Positions 50,745-64,000 of a DNA stretch of 64,000 nucleotides are shown here, one piece after another (within the stretch, counting starts at the first letter, position 1; each line of letters opens with the position of its first letter). Both the position numbers and the translations under genes were made by a program. The stretch spans positions 35,340,001 through 35,404,000 of the forward strand of contig NC_043005.1 of NCBI RefSeq assembly GCF_006345805.1, given 5' to 3'. The stretch is from Octopus sinensis (taxonomy: Eukaryota). The notes beneath the pieces are model-generated. The model saw only the letters and a list, made by a program, of their open reading frames with translations. It made no database searches and was not told where the DNA came from.

Positions 50745-52778
50745 ATACATATATGTATGTATGTATACACGCACACAAACACAAACTAGTTTATTTAAAT
50801 CTTTCGCCGTGGAATTTTAAATGTTTTTATATACATGAAAATAACCTAAAGTAAATTACTATTTGTAACAGGCAAGATCAAAAATTTATTTGTAAAAGGC
50901 TGGACTAATTTCCATATCACGCTTTTATCGGTGACGTGATTAAATAATTAATATATATTTATGCTCAACGCAAATGTGTACACTAGGAAACTTAAAATAA
51001 ATTTGAAGCAGATATACAAATCTGTCTCCCAATTACAGTTTCTATGCGTGTTCGTGGTAGAAGTTGTGGTTTTCATAAATGTAGCAATTTTAATAATTAT
51101 GCAAGACGAAAACGAAATATTTTCTAGCTAATTATTCCATTAGTTAAGAGAAGTAAAGGGAGAATGAGCAATTACACTGTAGAGCAATTTTTTAAAATTA
51201 TTTATTCTGTTTTTATTTATTTATTTTGTTTTGTTTGTTTTTGGTCAGTAAGTATTATTTCCTACTTGCTTCTATCTAGAAATCAAAGGAAACGACTACT
51301 ATTCCCTTCAAACTTTGCTTTTGTAATGTGGACATCAATGTTTTCAAACTGACCTATTTTCCATTACATTTCAGACAGATTCAACACTGAGTTGCTGAAG
51401 CAAAATATCATTTTAGCAGATATTCTGCTCAGTAACACAGATTTGCTTGTCAGTTGCTTGACCTTAAACATTTAGGCATGTCCCTCAGTGGCTGACAATA
51501 TACACATCTCTGATCATGACTAGGAGTAATAGGGGAGAATCATAGCCACGTATTGAGGGAGATTCTTTGGGGTTTGAATAATTGTAAAAAAGTAGTTTTT
51601 CTAAGCAAAGTTTTTCATACTTTCTAGGAAATAACATACAGGAAATAAAGAATAACAGTTGCTACCCAAGAACAAAAGTTGTGTTACACAGTGTTATTCA
51701 TTTAGTTTGTTAGTTGTTTTCATTTGGCTTTGGTAAAATTTTTAATCTATGACTCACGTTTTATATGAAACCTCTGTGATTTCATTGTATTAGTTGGTCA
51801 TCCCGATTTCTGTAAGAATGGTTGAATGAAAGAAAAAACTTTCCGCGTATAAGATACCAGTCAACACAGCAGGAAAGCCGACATACGACTGGCTACTTTT
51901 ACAATGCATCTGTTGCATATTAACAACAGTTCATCATTACCAAATTTCAATGTTTCCTTAAAGTTAGATGGACTTGATACTTGAGAACTGAATAATTTCA
52001 CTATCGCAACGCATTCATGACGATTACCAGAAAAAAATATTTATAGGAAACTCTTTTACAACACAGAGGCTACTAATCTTCTCACTTTCCAGATCACAAT
52101 AAGGCTCTTTGATTAGTCGTTAAAAGTATCTCTACCTAGTTAACAAAATCTTCCTATTCTAAAACTCATATAATTCCTGATAAAACTTTGCTTTCAACTC
52201 CACATTAAACACACATGCTGTCAATTTTTTTTATCACACACGCTTCTCTACACCTGTTTCACCGACCTACACATAAAAACCCTCAAAGCGAAAACTTCGT
52301 CCATTAATTCAACCCTCCAAGACAACATGTCCTACCCCAAATCCTTTCATTGTGCTCAAACTGTGCATACATTTTGTTTCAGTCACTGAACTGCGGCAAT
52401 GCTGGGGCATCACCTTAAAGGGTTTAGGCGAACAAATCGACCAAAGTACTTTACTTTTTGAAGTTTTCTATGTATTCAATCGGTGTCTTTGTACTGAACT
52501 TCTAAATTACGGGACGTAAACTACCACTGATGCCCAAACGGTGAGATATAAGCATAAAGACGCATGTTCTCGTACACTGCATGCTCCCTCACGCACATAT
52601 ATAAACACAACAAACAAAGTTTGCTTTAGAAACGTTGAGATGTATTGAAAGATACAGAGAAGGAAATAATTTTATTCTCAATCGCAGGATAAGGTTCATT
52701 ATATAGCAGAACAGGATAAATTAGCCATATTTTGCAGAAAAATCTGTCGGCAGCCAGCTATGAGACTCTAAAACCACT

Positions 52779-53198
52779 TTATGCAGAGTTAGAATCTGGA
52801 ATCTGGAATTATCCAGTAATTTTTTTTGCTAGTTTATTTTGACTTTTTGTCTTTTCTCCTGGTGCTGTATGAACATTTAATGTGGTTTTAGAGTCAAGTT
52901 TTGGCTGCTATATCTAGCATGTGATTTCTCTTCGATACCCTTAATTATAATTTTAATAATAATTATTACCTTTTAGGGTTTTATTCCTATGCTGGCCACC
53001 TGATAAGATCGGTATTTTAAATAACGATCTTATCCTTATTTATATAAATTTATATATTTATTTCGTTATTATATTCACTACGGTGGTATTTTGATCATAT
53101 CGCGCGATGAGTTTTAGGCGGGCAATTTAAACTGGTTGTGTGCATACGTGCATATATATGTATGCATATGTTCGTATATGTAAGCATATCGGATGTTG

Positions 53199-53233
<35 letters not shown>

Positions 53234-53239
53234 TTGTGT

Positions 53240-53301
<62 letters not shown>

Positions 53302-53535
53302 TTATGTGCTATCTGCGTATATTCCACTGATGAAGGCAAAGCATTTCTTATGCAGAGTCAGAAATCCGGGATCTGGAATTATCCAGTAATTTTTTTGCTA
53401 GTGTATTTTGTCTCTTTGTGTTCTCTCCTGGTGCTTTATGAACATTTAATGTGGTTTTAGAGTCAAGTTTTGGCTGCTATATCTAGCATGGTGGTATCTC
53501 TTAGATACCCTTAATTATAATTTAAATAATAATTT
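52779..53535 (+). repeat. ~187-bp diverged direct repeat (52779-52965 and 53348-53535), PLE pseudo-LTR-like
   Basis: TTATGCAGAGT..TCTGGAATTATCCAG..ATACCCTTAATTATAAT occurs twice, 569 bp apart. Confidence 0.8.
53321..53379 (+). ncRNA. Type I hammerhead ribozyme
   Basis: ATTCCA-CTGATGA-A-GGC AAA GCAT TTCTT ATGC AGA GTC-A-GAAA-TCCGGGA-TC-TGGAAT. 6-bp stem I, AUC site after C53373. Confidence 0.8.
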
Positions 53536-53550
53536 ATCCTTCTATCTATA

Positions 53551-53613
<63 letters not shown>

Positions 53614-53759
53614 ATGTCTGTCTTTCTGTCTGTCTGTTTGTCTGTCTATCTATCTATCATCTATCTATCTATCTATCTATCTGTCAGTCTGTCTGCCTGT
53701 CTGTCTGTCTGTCTCTGTGTCTGTCTGTCTGTCTGTCATTCTGCCTGTCATTCTGTCTG

Positions 53760-53850
<91 letters not shown>

Positions 53851-53858
53851 GTCTGTTG

Positions 53859-53891
<33 letters not shown>

Positions 53892-54133
53892 CCTGTCTGC
53901 CTGTCTGTCTGCCTGCCTGTCTGTCTGTCTGTGTCTCTGTCTCTCTCTTTCCCTTCCTCTGTTTTCTGTCTTGTTATTTTTTCATTATATGAAACCTCAT
54001 TAATTATTGTATTTCTCTTACATTCAATTCCTAAAAGCAGTCAGCTGGATTTTAAAAAGGGTCCAGGTGAAGATTTTGTAAAAAAGAAAAAAATGAATAA
54101 ATTAAATACCCCACCGCACCCCACCCCACCCCA

Positions 54134-54169
<36 letters not shown>

Positions 54170-54429
54170 TCACACACACACAAACACACAGAGACACATG
54201 CCATCTTGCAATCGTTGCTCTTATTAACAGAAGTGATTCTATTTGATTAAACAATGAGTTACGTTAACGTTTAAAGTAGTTCGGGATTGGTCACTGACTC
54301 CTGAAGGAGGATTAACATAGATTTAGTCATTAGGGCTTAATTGTCGTCTGTTGCTCTTGGTTTCGTTGATGATGTTGATGATGTTGATGTTAATTTATAT
54401 AAAATAATGTAGTCGATCTTGTTGGTGGT

Positions 54430-54594
54430 GATGATGATGATGATGATGATAGCAGTATTGGTGATGTTTACGGCAATGGTGTGGTAGTAGTGGTGGTGGA
54501 GATGATCACGGCGGCGGCGGCGGTGTTAGTGGTGACGATGGTACTGCTGGTGATATTGATGATGGTGATGATGATGGTGATGATGATGATGGTG

Positions 54595-54637
<43 letters not shown>

Positions 54638-54869
54638 GCTGATAATGATGATGATGAGGACAGCAATGTTGATGATGGCGTTGCAGTGACAGTGGTGGTG
54701 GTTGTGGTTGTGGTGGTGCTGTCACGTTGGTGATGGTGACCATGGCGACGGTTGTAGTCGTGGTAGTGGAGGTGGCGGCGTCGGTAATAGAGTTGATGAT
54801 GATGATGACGATGACGATGACGATGATGATGATGATGATGACGACGATGATGATGATGATGATGATGAC

Positions 54870-54909
<40 letters not shown>

Positions 54910-54960
54910 TTGGTGATGATGCTGGCGGTGGTGCAGTGACGATGGTGGCAGCAGTTGTGA
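54430..54960. repeat. (GAT)n/(GGT)n trinucleotide tract
   Basis: Directly visible. Confidence 0.95.
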
Positions 54961-55229
54961 TGCGGTGATGGTGGCGGCGCCGGTGATGAAGATGGTGGTG
55001 ATGATGGCCGAGGTGATGGGTGTTGTCGTTCATCTCCTCATATTCGACGTTAATTACGACGAGAGATACTTGATTATCACTGATGCTGCAATAATAACCG
55101 TTTCTTAGAACGAATATGGGGTCAGGGGAGGGGAGCGAGGGAGCATAAAGAAGTCGTCAACATTGTTTAAAGGTTTTTCACAACCAAAAGCAGGACCGAC
55201 ATCAACAGGAATCGAAACTAGACTGCCAC

Positions 55230-55651
55230 TTGCAAAAATTCTTTTCTATTCTAGGTACAAGGCCTGAAATTTGGGGGCGGGGAGGGGACCAGTCGATTAG
55301 ATCGACCCCAGTACGCAACTGGTACTTAATTTATCGACCCCGAAAGGATGAAAGGCAAAGTCGATCTCGGCGGGATTCGAACTCAGAATATAAAGACAGA
55401 CGAAATACCAATAAGTATTTCGCCCGGCGGTCTAACGTTTCTGCCAGCTCGCCACCTTGTGCCATTGCAATATTCTCAAAAACTTTTGGGGATGGGGCCA
55501 GTCGATTAGATCGACCCCAGTACGCAACTGGTACTTAATTTATCGACCCCGAAAGGATGAAAGGATGAAAGTTGAGACTGGCGGGACTTGAATATCGTGA
55601 CGCTGTAACGAGTCTGTCAGTAAATTTTACTACTACTACTACTACTACTAC

Positions 55652-55683
<32 letters not shown>

Positions 55684-56089
55684 GTAATAATAATTGTTAT
55701 TTCAAATTTAGGGGATAAGTCGATAACATCGACCTCAGTGTTCAACTGGTACTTATTTTATCGATCCCAAAAGGATAAAAGGCAAGGTCAGCCTCGGCGG
55801 AATTCGAACTAAGAACGTAGCATTTCGTCCAGCGTGCTAACGATTCTGCTAGTTCACCGCCTTAATGGTAATAATAATAATAATGGTTAAGGTGGTGAGC
55901 TAGCACACCGAGCAAAATGGTTAGCGGTTTTTCGGTCGTCTTCACGTTCTCAGTTCAAATTCCGCCGTGGTCGACTTTATCTTTCATCCTCTTGAACTTG
56001 ATAAAACAAGTACCAGTTGAACACTGGGATCGATGTAATCGACCAGCCCCCACCCCGAACTTGCTGGCCTTGTGGCAAAATTGGAAACC

Positions 56090-56126
<37 letters not shown>

Positions 56127-56405
56127 TAATAATAATAATAATGATTATCTTTCTACGATACCTGAAATTTGGGGGAGGAGACTAGTCAAATTACATCTAC
56201 CCCAGTGTTTTACTTGTACTTAATTTATCGACCCCGAAAGGATGGAAAGCAAAGTCGACCTCGGTGGAATTATAATAATGGTTAATGCGGCGAGCGGACA
56301 GAACCATTTGCATGCCGGAAAGTCCAGTACTCGGCTTTATTTTATCGAATCCGTAAGGATGAGAAGTAAAGCTGACAGAAGTGGGATTTGAACTCAGAAC
56401 GTAGA
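55230..56405. mobile_element. Cluster of about 5 SINE family M copies or fragments in both orientations separated by (TAA)n
   Basis: Repeated ATCGACCCCGAAAGGATGAAAGGCAAAGTCGAC cores. Confidence 0.8.
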
Positions 56406-56939
56406 TGATGACGGTAACATCAATGATGATGGTGGCGGCGGCAACGGTGCTGCTGCTGCTGCTGTTAATGATGAAAAATTATTTATAATATCGTTATGGG
56501 GGTCTGATAATTCTACAAGAATCCTTACAAATTTATTAAAGCGTTAAAAAGAAAAACCAGCCCTAGGCAAAAAATTTAAAAAAGAATAAAACAAAAGCAA
56601 AACGTAAAAAAATTAATTTGACTTTGAAAGTAATTAGTCATTCCTTTATTGATTAGTGGTAGCTTGAGGTTATAAAGGGGGATGGGTGAAAGAAGACGGG
56701 CACGAACATTCACGGTTGAATAAACGAATGAGGCGTAACGAACTTTATATATTAAAAAAAAAAGGACCTTGTTTATTTTCTTAGGTGTGGTACCCTCTCC
56801 CTTGCCTCCATGCTGTCTGTATTCCACCCCACCCACCCCATCATTTCCTCACCAGTTTCTCTGTTCGCTCCATACAATTACATAACCTCGCTATTACCGT
56901 GACAAACCAGCAATATTCCCTGCTACCAAAACCTCCCAT

Positions 56940-57010
56940 TTCACCACCACCGTCACCGCACCACCACCACCACCACCACCACCGCCACCACCACCACTAC
57001 CACTACCACC

Positions 57011-57052
<42 letters not shown>

Positions 57053-57118
57053 GCCACCACCACCATTACCACTACCACTACCACCACCACCACCACTACT
57101 ACTACTACCACCACCACC

Positions 57119-57162
<44 letters not shown>

Positions 57163-57208
57163 CACCACCACCACCACCACCACTACTACTACTACCACCA
57201 CCACCACC

Positions 57209-57252
<44 letters not shown>

Positions 57253-57378
57253 ACCACCACCACCACCACCACCAGTACCACCACCACCACCACCACCACC
57301 ACCACCACCACTACTACTACTACTACTACCACCACCACCACCACCACTACTACCACCACCACCACCACCACCACCACC

Positions 57379-57439
<61 letters not shown>

Positions 57440-57455
57440 TCACTACTACTAGCAA
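56940..57455. repeat. Compound (CAC)n/(TAC)n mosaic microsatellite
   Basis: Directly visible. Confidence 0.95.
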
Positions 57456-57686
57456 TTATGTGCCATGATGCATCACTCACACCAACACCTGTATAAGCAC
57501 ACTAAAACCCACCCCATCCACTTCGCCGTTCCATGCACTTCATGTCTACTGTATTAATAACCCTATTAATAAACATTCCTTATTGACATCCCTCCTCCGC
57601 TTCCTCCCTCACTCCCTTCTTTTCCTTCCACAGACCCCTTCCTTTCCTTCTTTCTTTCTCTCTCTTTCTTTCTTTCTTTCTTTCTC

Positions 57687-57725
<39 letters not shown>

Positions 57726-57966
57726 GTCTCTCTGTCTTTCTTTCTTTCTTTCTTTCCTTCTTTCTCTCTCCCTCTCTATCTCTCTATCTCTACAATATTG
57801 AGTGCTCCATGAGTGTGACATGGATTAAGAGTTAATAAAAACTGTCGGAAAATTAACTCTAACTTCTACATCTCTATCCCCCTCCCCTCCTCCTCCTCCT
57901 CCTCTCCTCCCCTCCTCTTTCTTCTTCTTTTTCTTCTTCTTCTTATTATTATCATTATTATTATTA

Positions 57967-58010
<44 letters not shown>

Positions 58011-58070
58011 ATTATTATTATTATTATTATTATATTATTATTATTATTATTATCATCATCATTATTATTT

Positions 58071-58285
58071 AAGGCGGCGAACTGGCAGAATCGTTTACTC
58101 GCTGGGCGCAATACTTAGTGGCATTTCGTTCGTCTTTACGTTGTGAGTTCAAATTCCGCCGAGGTCGACTTTGCTTTTCATCCTTTCGGGGGTCAATAAC
58201 TTAAGTACTAGTCAATTACTGGGGTCAAAGTGATCGACTTTCCCCATCCTACAAAATTTAAAGTTTTGTGTCTATAGTAAAAAGG

Positions 58286-58290
<5 letters not shown>
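58071..58290 (+). mobile_element. SINE family M
   Basis: GGCGGCGAACTGGCAGAATCG head, core domain, (TTA)n tail. Confidence 0.85.
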
Positions 58291-58326
<36 letters not shown>

Positions 58327-58336
58327 TATTATTATT

Positions 58337-59105
58337 CAGTAGTTTTATTTTTATAGCGTGCTTTCACTTCACTACCGAGCACAGCTCTGTGTGCCTTGGG
58401 TATGTGCTGTGATTTGTTGTGATGCTCTGATGGTTATTGTATGGAAAGTGTTCTGCGTAGGATGTGTGCAGTGCCTAGTAGTGCAATTTTCTGTATGTTA
58501 TATGTGTTTGTAAGTCCTGGTGTTTTTGTTATGTATTTGGTCTGAATATTTTTTTATCATGCCTAATGCACCTACTATGATAGGAATTGTTTCTGTTTTT
58601 AGATTCCACATTCTAGTTACCTCTATTTCCAGGTCTTCTTTGTATTTTGAGAGTTTCTCCATTTCTTTTAGAGACACGTTGTCATCAGCAGCGGTATTGA
58701 TACATCAATTAGAAAGCATTTTTTTTCTTCATGATCTCTGACAACTACATCTGGTCTGTTGGCCTTAATTTCTCTTATCTGTGTGTATCGGCATATCCCA
58801 GAGTATGGTTGCTTTCTCGTTTTCTGTGACTTTTCTGGTGTGTGCCTATACCATCTTTTTTCTGTTGTTATTCCATAATGTTGGCATAGATTCCAATGTA
58901 TGTAGGTTCCAACTCTGTCATGTTGTGAATATTTCCTTCTTAGCCAGGACTGGGCAGCTAGAGATAATATGATTATTGTTTCTTGTCCATCTCCAATATT
59001 CTGCAGTTACTTGTAATATTTCTTTTCATTAGATTTTTGGTAATTTCTGGTGGGGAGGCTTTGGTCTTGTGCTGCAATTAAAAATCCCTCTGTTTCTGCT
59101 TTGAA
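58337..59105 (-). mobile_element. R4/Dong-like RLE non-LTR retrotransposon, 5'-truncated (copy A)
   Basis: KAETEGFLIAAQDQSLPTRNY, RPD-type segment, KEMEKLSKYKEDLEIEV, IPIIVGALGMIKK, GTAHILRRTL; 3' UTR ends at (TAA)n. Confidence 0.85.
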
Positions 59106-59165
59106 TAATATTATTATTATTATTTTTATTTTTATTATCAGTGTTATTATTATTGTTATTATTTT

Positions 59166-60038
59166 ACTTTTAATCTGCATGTTTGTTGCAGTCACTTGCC
59201 GAGACACACCCAGTGTCCCTGGGGCGAGTGAAGGATAAGAGGTGTTACAGTATGGCTGAAAGCTTGGGGAGGGGAAGTAGCGAAATATCCTCATGTAATA
59301 CAACACAGACGAGATGCTCTATTGCTTTGCCAAATATGTCGCAGAATTTGTATTAGGGTCAGAACCGTTTCGAAGAACGGTAGTTTTTTGTGGGCAACCT
59401 TTGATTTTGTTCCCGCCAATATGAAACCCGCAGTCTCTGCTTTCTGTCTTGAAATTCTCAGCTACTGATGGGTTGTTGCTTGATCTACATCAGCCTTTCG
59501 ACTTCGAGGTACATACTGCCCCTGTAGAGGCTTCTGGTTCTACCGCTCCTCAGTTTGTTTCTGGCCGTACTTTGCAGTCTGCTTGATCCATTTTGCTTGT
59601 TTTGTGGCAGAAGTTTCAGGCTCTTCAAATATTTCAGGATTAATGCCAAGTTCCCTTGCGAATTTGCAAGCTTCCTTGACAATAGATCGTGCTTTTTTGC
59701 AGCTTTCGTGTTTGAACACAAGTCGCAACGCCCAGTCCTCTGTACTAGATAAGTACCTGTTCATTGCTATTGTGACGATCTTATAGCGCATTTCTACCTG
59801 CGTCATTCCTTTTCCCCACCATTACTTCTTAGTAAGTACAGACGATCAACATCTGCTTTTGGTTGGTGCATGTTCTTGGTAGTTTTCTTGTCTTCCTGTC
59901 TAGGCATTAGAGTTCAGTAAGATTCCAGTGAATGATATTAAAACTATATTGGACTTCTGGAAGTGCCAGGGTGTTAACGGCTTCGATGCGATTTTTAGAG
60001 TTGAGTTCAGTTTTTAGTATGAGTCTTATTCTCCTTAA

Positions 60039-60039
<1 letters not shown>
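59166..60039 (-). mobile_element. R4/Dong-like RLE retrotransposon, truncated and internally deleted (copy B)
   Basis: RRIRLILKTELNSKNRIEAVNTLALP..., PKADVDRLY..GG, KAETAGFILA, followed by a 3' UTR-like end at a TAA-rich tract. Confidence 0.8.
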
Positions 60040-60070
<31 letters not shown>

Positions 60071-60750
60071 CTTCTTCTTCTTCATCATCTTCTCTTCTTC
60101 TTCTTCTTCTTCTTCTTCTTCTTCTTTTCTTCTTCGTCTTCTTCTTCTATTCTCTCTTCTTTTTTCTTCTTCTTCTTCTTCTCTTCATCTTCTTTTTCTT
60201 CTTCATCATCTTCTTCTTCCTCTTCTTCATCATCATCTTCTCTTCATCATCTTCTTCTTCTTCTTCATCTTCTTTTTCTTCTTCATCATCTTCTTCTTCT
60301 TCTTCTTCATCATCATCTTCTTCTTCATCATCTTCTTCTTCTTCTTCTTCTTCTTCTTCTTCATCATCATCTTCTTTTTCTTCTTCATCATCTTCTTCTT
60401 CTTCTTCTTCTTCTTCTTCTTCATCATCATCACCATCTTCTTCTTCTTCTTCTTCTTCTTCTTCTTCATCATCATCTTCTTCTTCTTGTTCTTGTTCTTG
60501 TTCTTGTTCTTCTTCTTCTTTTTCTTCTTTTTCTTCTTTTTCTTCTTCTTCTAATTCTTCTTCTTCTTCTTCTTCTTCTTCATCATCATCATCATCATCA
60601 TCATCTTCTTCTTCTTCTTCTTCTTCTTTTTCTTCTTTTTCTTCTTCTTCTTCTTTTTCTTCTTCTAATTCTTCTTCTTCTTTTTCTTCTTCTTCTTCTT
60701 CTTCTTCTTCTTTTTCTTCTTCCTTCTTCTTCTTATTATTATTATTATTA
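60040..60750. repeat. ~700-bp compound (TTC)n/(TCA)n microsatellite
   Basis: Directly visible. Confidence 0.95.
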
Positions 60751-60984
60751 GTGTTTTTCATTGCCGCATTTCCCTACCATTTCGACCGTTTCATTTCCAT
60801 CTAAATTTCAGTCCTGTACAGTGAGGCCCCTTGTCTAAAGCATGACCGAAAATAGCGCCACACTAGATTGGGGGATGGCTAGAGAAAAGAGGAAAAATAC
60901 ATTTATTCATTAGGCCCAAATTATACATACATACATACATACATACATACATACATACATACATACATACATACATGCATACGT

Positions 60985-62520
60985 ACTCAGAAAAATATGA
61001 CAGTCGAAACTCTCCTCTCTGATCAAGATGATATCCCATAATGCATTTGTAGTACCAGTACTGATTCCAATGTTTGGGGTACTTGACTGGTCTGTAATCC
61101 ATACCATAGACGTTAAAACCCGCAAGATCCTGACATCAAGTGGAAACTTCCACAGAAATAGTGTTATCGACAGGTTTTATCTTTCAGACAGCACTTGCTA
61201 AACAACAGCAGCAAAAATAAATGCATAAACTCGGCGATGAGAACAACATCCTACGCGTCGGCAGTGAGTTCCTCAGGAAGCTTCCTGCCTTCCTGATGAC
61301 TTCTCATACAACTCCAAAACAGCCGAACTAACATACCTCAAAGAAGATCTGGATGTCAAACGTTCAGCATATATATATAAAAAAAAGGCTGCATGGGTAT
61401 GTTTCTCGAAGATTTAAAGAAGACAGTAATATCTGTTTCTTTATTACCCACAAGGGGCTAAACATAGAGGGGACAAACAAGGACAGACAAAGGGATTAAG
61501 TCGATTACATCGACCCCAGTGCGTAACTGGCACTTAATTTATCGACCCCGAAAGGATGAAAGGCAAAGTCGACCTCGGCGGAATTTGAACTCAGAACGTA
61601 ACGGCAGACGAAATACGGCTACACATTTTGCCCAGCGTGCTAACGTTTCTGCCAGCTCGCCTAATATCGACATGAAGCGCAGCCTCTCTTGAACTTATGA
61701 CCGTTACATCACATCACATTTCGAAGACTACGATCCAAGAACAGGAGATTGCGAAGAAATACCTAATAAACAAAAAAAGACAGTTAAATCCTTGGAGCTC
61801 CAAAATGCAACCGGAAACGTACATTATGTCATATTTCTGTGGCAGACTTCACACATGCTATTAGCAACTGCGCAAAAATGTCATCATGGTACTACCTCTC
61901 TATGCGTCGCGATGTTGTCACAACAACAATATATAATACCATCTGGGAAAAAGGTTGTCCTGGAATAAAAACAGAGAATCCCCCTGTTATTGAATTCGTA
62001 CAGAAATATCTGCACAAGGAATGCTGGTTGAACATTCCAATCAAAACATCTGTCAGGTGTAAGCATACTGATGTTCGTTACAGACAAGAAAGCGTATGTA
62101 CCGCCATAGAGGTCAGCTGTCCTGCTGATGTGAATATCTCTTTGAAAATTAAAGAGAAAGAGGATACCTATGGAGAACTGCTTCGAAACCTCTAGCTTCT
62201 ATTACAAATTATTATAAATTCACATTCATAGTAATAATAATTGGTGCACTTGATTTTGTAAGTAAATGCCTCAGTGACAATCTGAATAAGTTAGGATTTT
62301 CAGAAGAAGAAATCAACTAACACGCACATTGTAAATGCAACTTGTAAATGGAACAGTAAAATTATGCAAAGCTTTTCTCAAGTTTAGAATCTGATTTTAT
62401 TTTTGTTATCTACATTTCAACGATGGAGATTTGCATCTTTGTTAGAAACCAGCTCCTTCTGCAGTAGAAGAATTCAAATAATTAAAAACAGACGAGCAAC
62501 ACAAACACCAAGGTTCTCAA
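60985..62520 (+). mobile_element. R4/Dong-like RLE retrotransposon remnant (copy C, different family), interrupted by a SINE
   Basis: HNAFVVPVLIP.FG.LDW..IDVKTRKILT.SGNFH.N; H.ISNCAKMS..YY..R.D; IEVSCPADVNI..K.KEKED.YG. Confidence 0.8.
61436..61662 (-). mobile_element. SINE family M
   Basis: Near-identical to 50180-50415. Confidence 0.88.
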
Positions 62521-63479
62521 ATGTCTCCACTTCTAAACATGTTTAGGTCAAAATTCCGAAAACAATGTTCGTCTGTTATGATTGGCTTATTGATGCATAA
62601 AATTTATAGAATTTGGTCGCGGCAATAGAATACTATTACTTTCCAACAATAGTAGAATCGTAGTCGTGGATTGATCTTTTAAAGAATTTTTCCCTTAATT
62701 TCCTGTGCCCGTTTTCGACACTTGTATAATTAACAAACATATTTAGGACAGGCTAATTTGTTAAACTTGAAGGTTAGCTTCGATAAAATTGACCAACAGC
62801 CAAAGGCTTTCCACTATTGAATTTTCGTATTTTCTCTTTTGTTTTTTTTGCTGGTATAGTACATTTTGGACTACAATACCCAATATGTCACTGTTTTGTT
62901 TTTAACCTTTTGTCCAAAGCATTTCAATAAGTTTGCTCTAAATGTCTGTACTTGTTTACAGACTTTTTAGTCCTTGTTTCGTACATACTGAGTAATAATA
63001 TAAAGCTCTCCTTTCATAAGCTCTTTTTTACTCTAGTGGTTGGAAAAAAAATGGAAATGTGTATCGTGTATGATGCGTGGACGTCAGAGAAATATGTCTG
63101 GTGTATCACTTATAATATACAGGATAAGCAAAGGGTTAAAGAAGGTAAGCTGTGATTTGTAGGAGATTTGGTGGCTATTTCTTGCAGTCGAGCAAACATA
63201 TAGAACCAGAACACCTAATCATTTCGTTGAAACAAGCCCTAAACAGCCCATCAATGCTGCGAGTTCTACTGGCTGTCTTCGGTTTGTCGTAAATGACGAA
63301 AAGTAGACAGCAACAAGTATTAATTTTATAACTAATATTCACGATTTAGTAGCAATTTTCGAAGCCAAATCACTAATTACTCACTTCTAAAAGCCCAGGG
63401 ATGGTTCTAAAAGTTATAGTTTTTCACCCTTCCCTCTTCTCTATATCGATTGCATTATAATTTATTAAGAGCTGACAGA

Positions 63480-64000
63480 ACAGTGACGGCGCTGAACAAA
63501 AGCTTAACAGCATTTCTTTTGAGTTCAGATATCAACAAGGTCAGCTTTGCCTTTCACTCTTTTGGGGTATATACTATAAATACAGTTGAGTATTGAAGTG
63601 TAATCAACTAGTCCTGTCGCCCAAAATTTCAGGCCTTCTGCCTATAGGAGAAAGAATCATCATTTATTATTACTGAAGATGACGAACTGGCAGAATTGTT
63701 AGCACGCCGGACAAAATGCCTAACGACATTTCGTCCGTCTTTATGCTCTAAATTCAAATGCCACCGATGTAGACTTTGCGTTTTATCCTTTCGGGGTTGA
63801 TAAAATAAAGTACCAATGAAGTAGTAGCTTTGATATAATCGATCACAATTTTAAATAACAATTATCATTATTGGTTATATTGAAGTATTGGACTTAAATG
63901 CTGGATTTAGCTATCTCTCTTTATGTTGAACTGTTAACGCATCGGACGAAATGCTTAACGGCATTTTTTCCGGCTTTACGTTCTGAATTCAAATTCTGCC
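63480..64000 (+). mobile_element. Tandem diverged SINE family M copies
   Basis: CTGGCAGAATTGTTAGCACGCCGGAC heads and TCCTTTCGGGGTTGATAAAATAAAGTACC core. Confidence 0.7.

Noticed and set aside
58682-61301. CTGANGA hits at about 58682, 61270 and 61295 (also 48052 in the mariner)
   Set aside because: They fall inside transposon coding remnants and lack the rest of the core.

Overview
Repeat-saturated, intergenic or intronic eukaryotic DNA. It is most likely octopus/coleoid cephalopod, inferred from the tRNA-derived SINE families, a decayed C2H2 zinc-finger array and extreme microsatellite density. I found no intact host gene, and almost all ORFs in the supplied track are microsatellite read-throughs. 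Recognisable content: dozens of SINEs from at least four head/body types with shuffled tails; two Penelope-like (RT + GIY-YIG) retroelement remnants; three R4/Dong-like RLE LINE fragments; mariner, hAT and piggyBac remnants; non-autonomous Helitrons; several long foldback hairpins; and a C2H2-ZNF pseudogene. The main unexplained signal is a set of about 14 hammerhead-ribozyme (HHR) motifs from many unrelated sequence families, mostly between (TA)n/(CA)n tracts. Three stand out. (1) A non-coding insertion at 27801-29298 made of about 3.05 tandem copies of a 470-475 nt monomer, each with a type I HHR, flanked by an apparent target-site duplication and carrying a short 5' inversion; this is retrozyme-like and fits reverse transcription of a circular RNA. 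(2) An HHR at 33368-33418 whose C3-G8 core pair is swapped to G3-C8. (3) A motif at 44281-44342 with all HHR core elements and three in-register stems in a non-circular (C-B-A) strand order. All ribozyme calls are hand-folded predictions and have not been tested.
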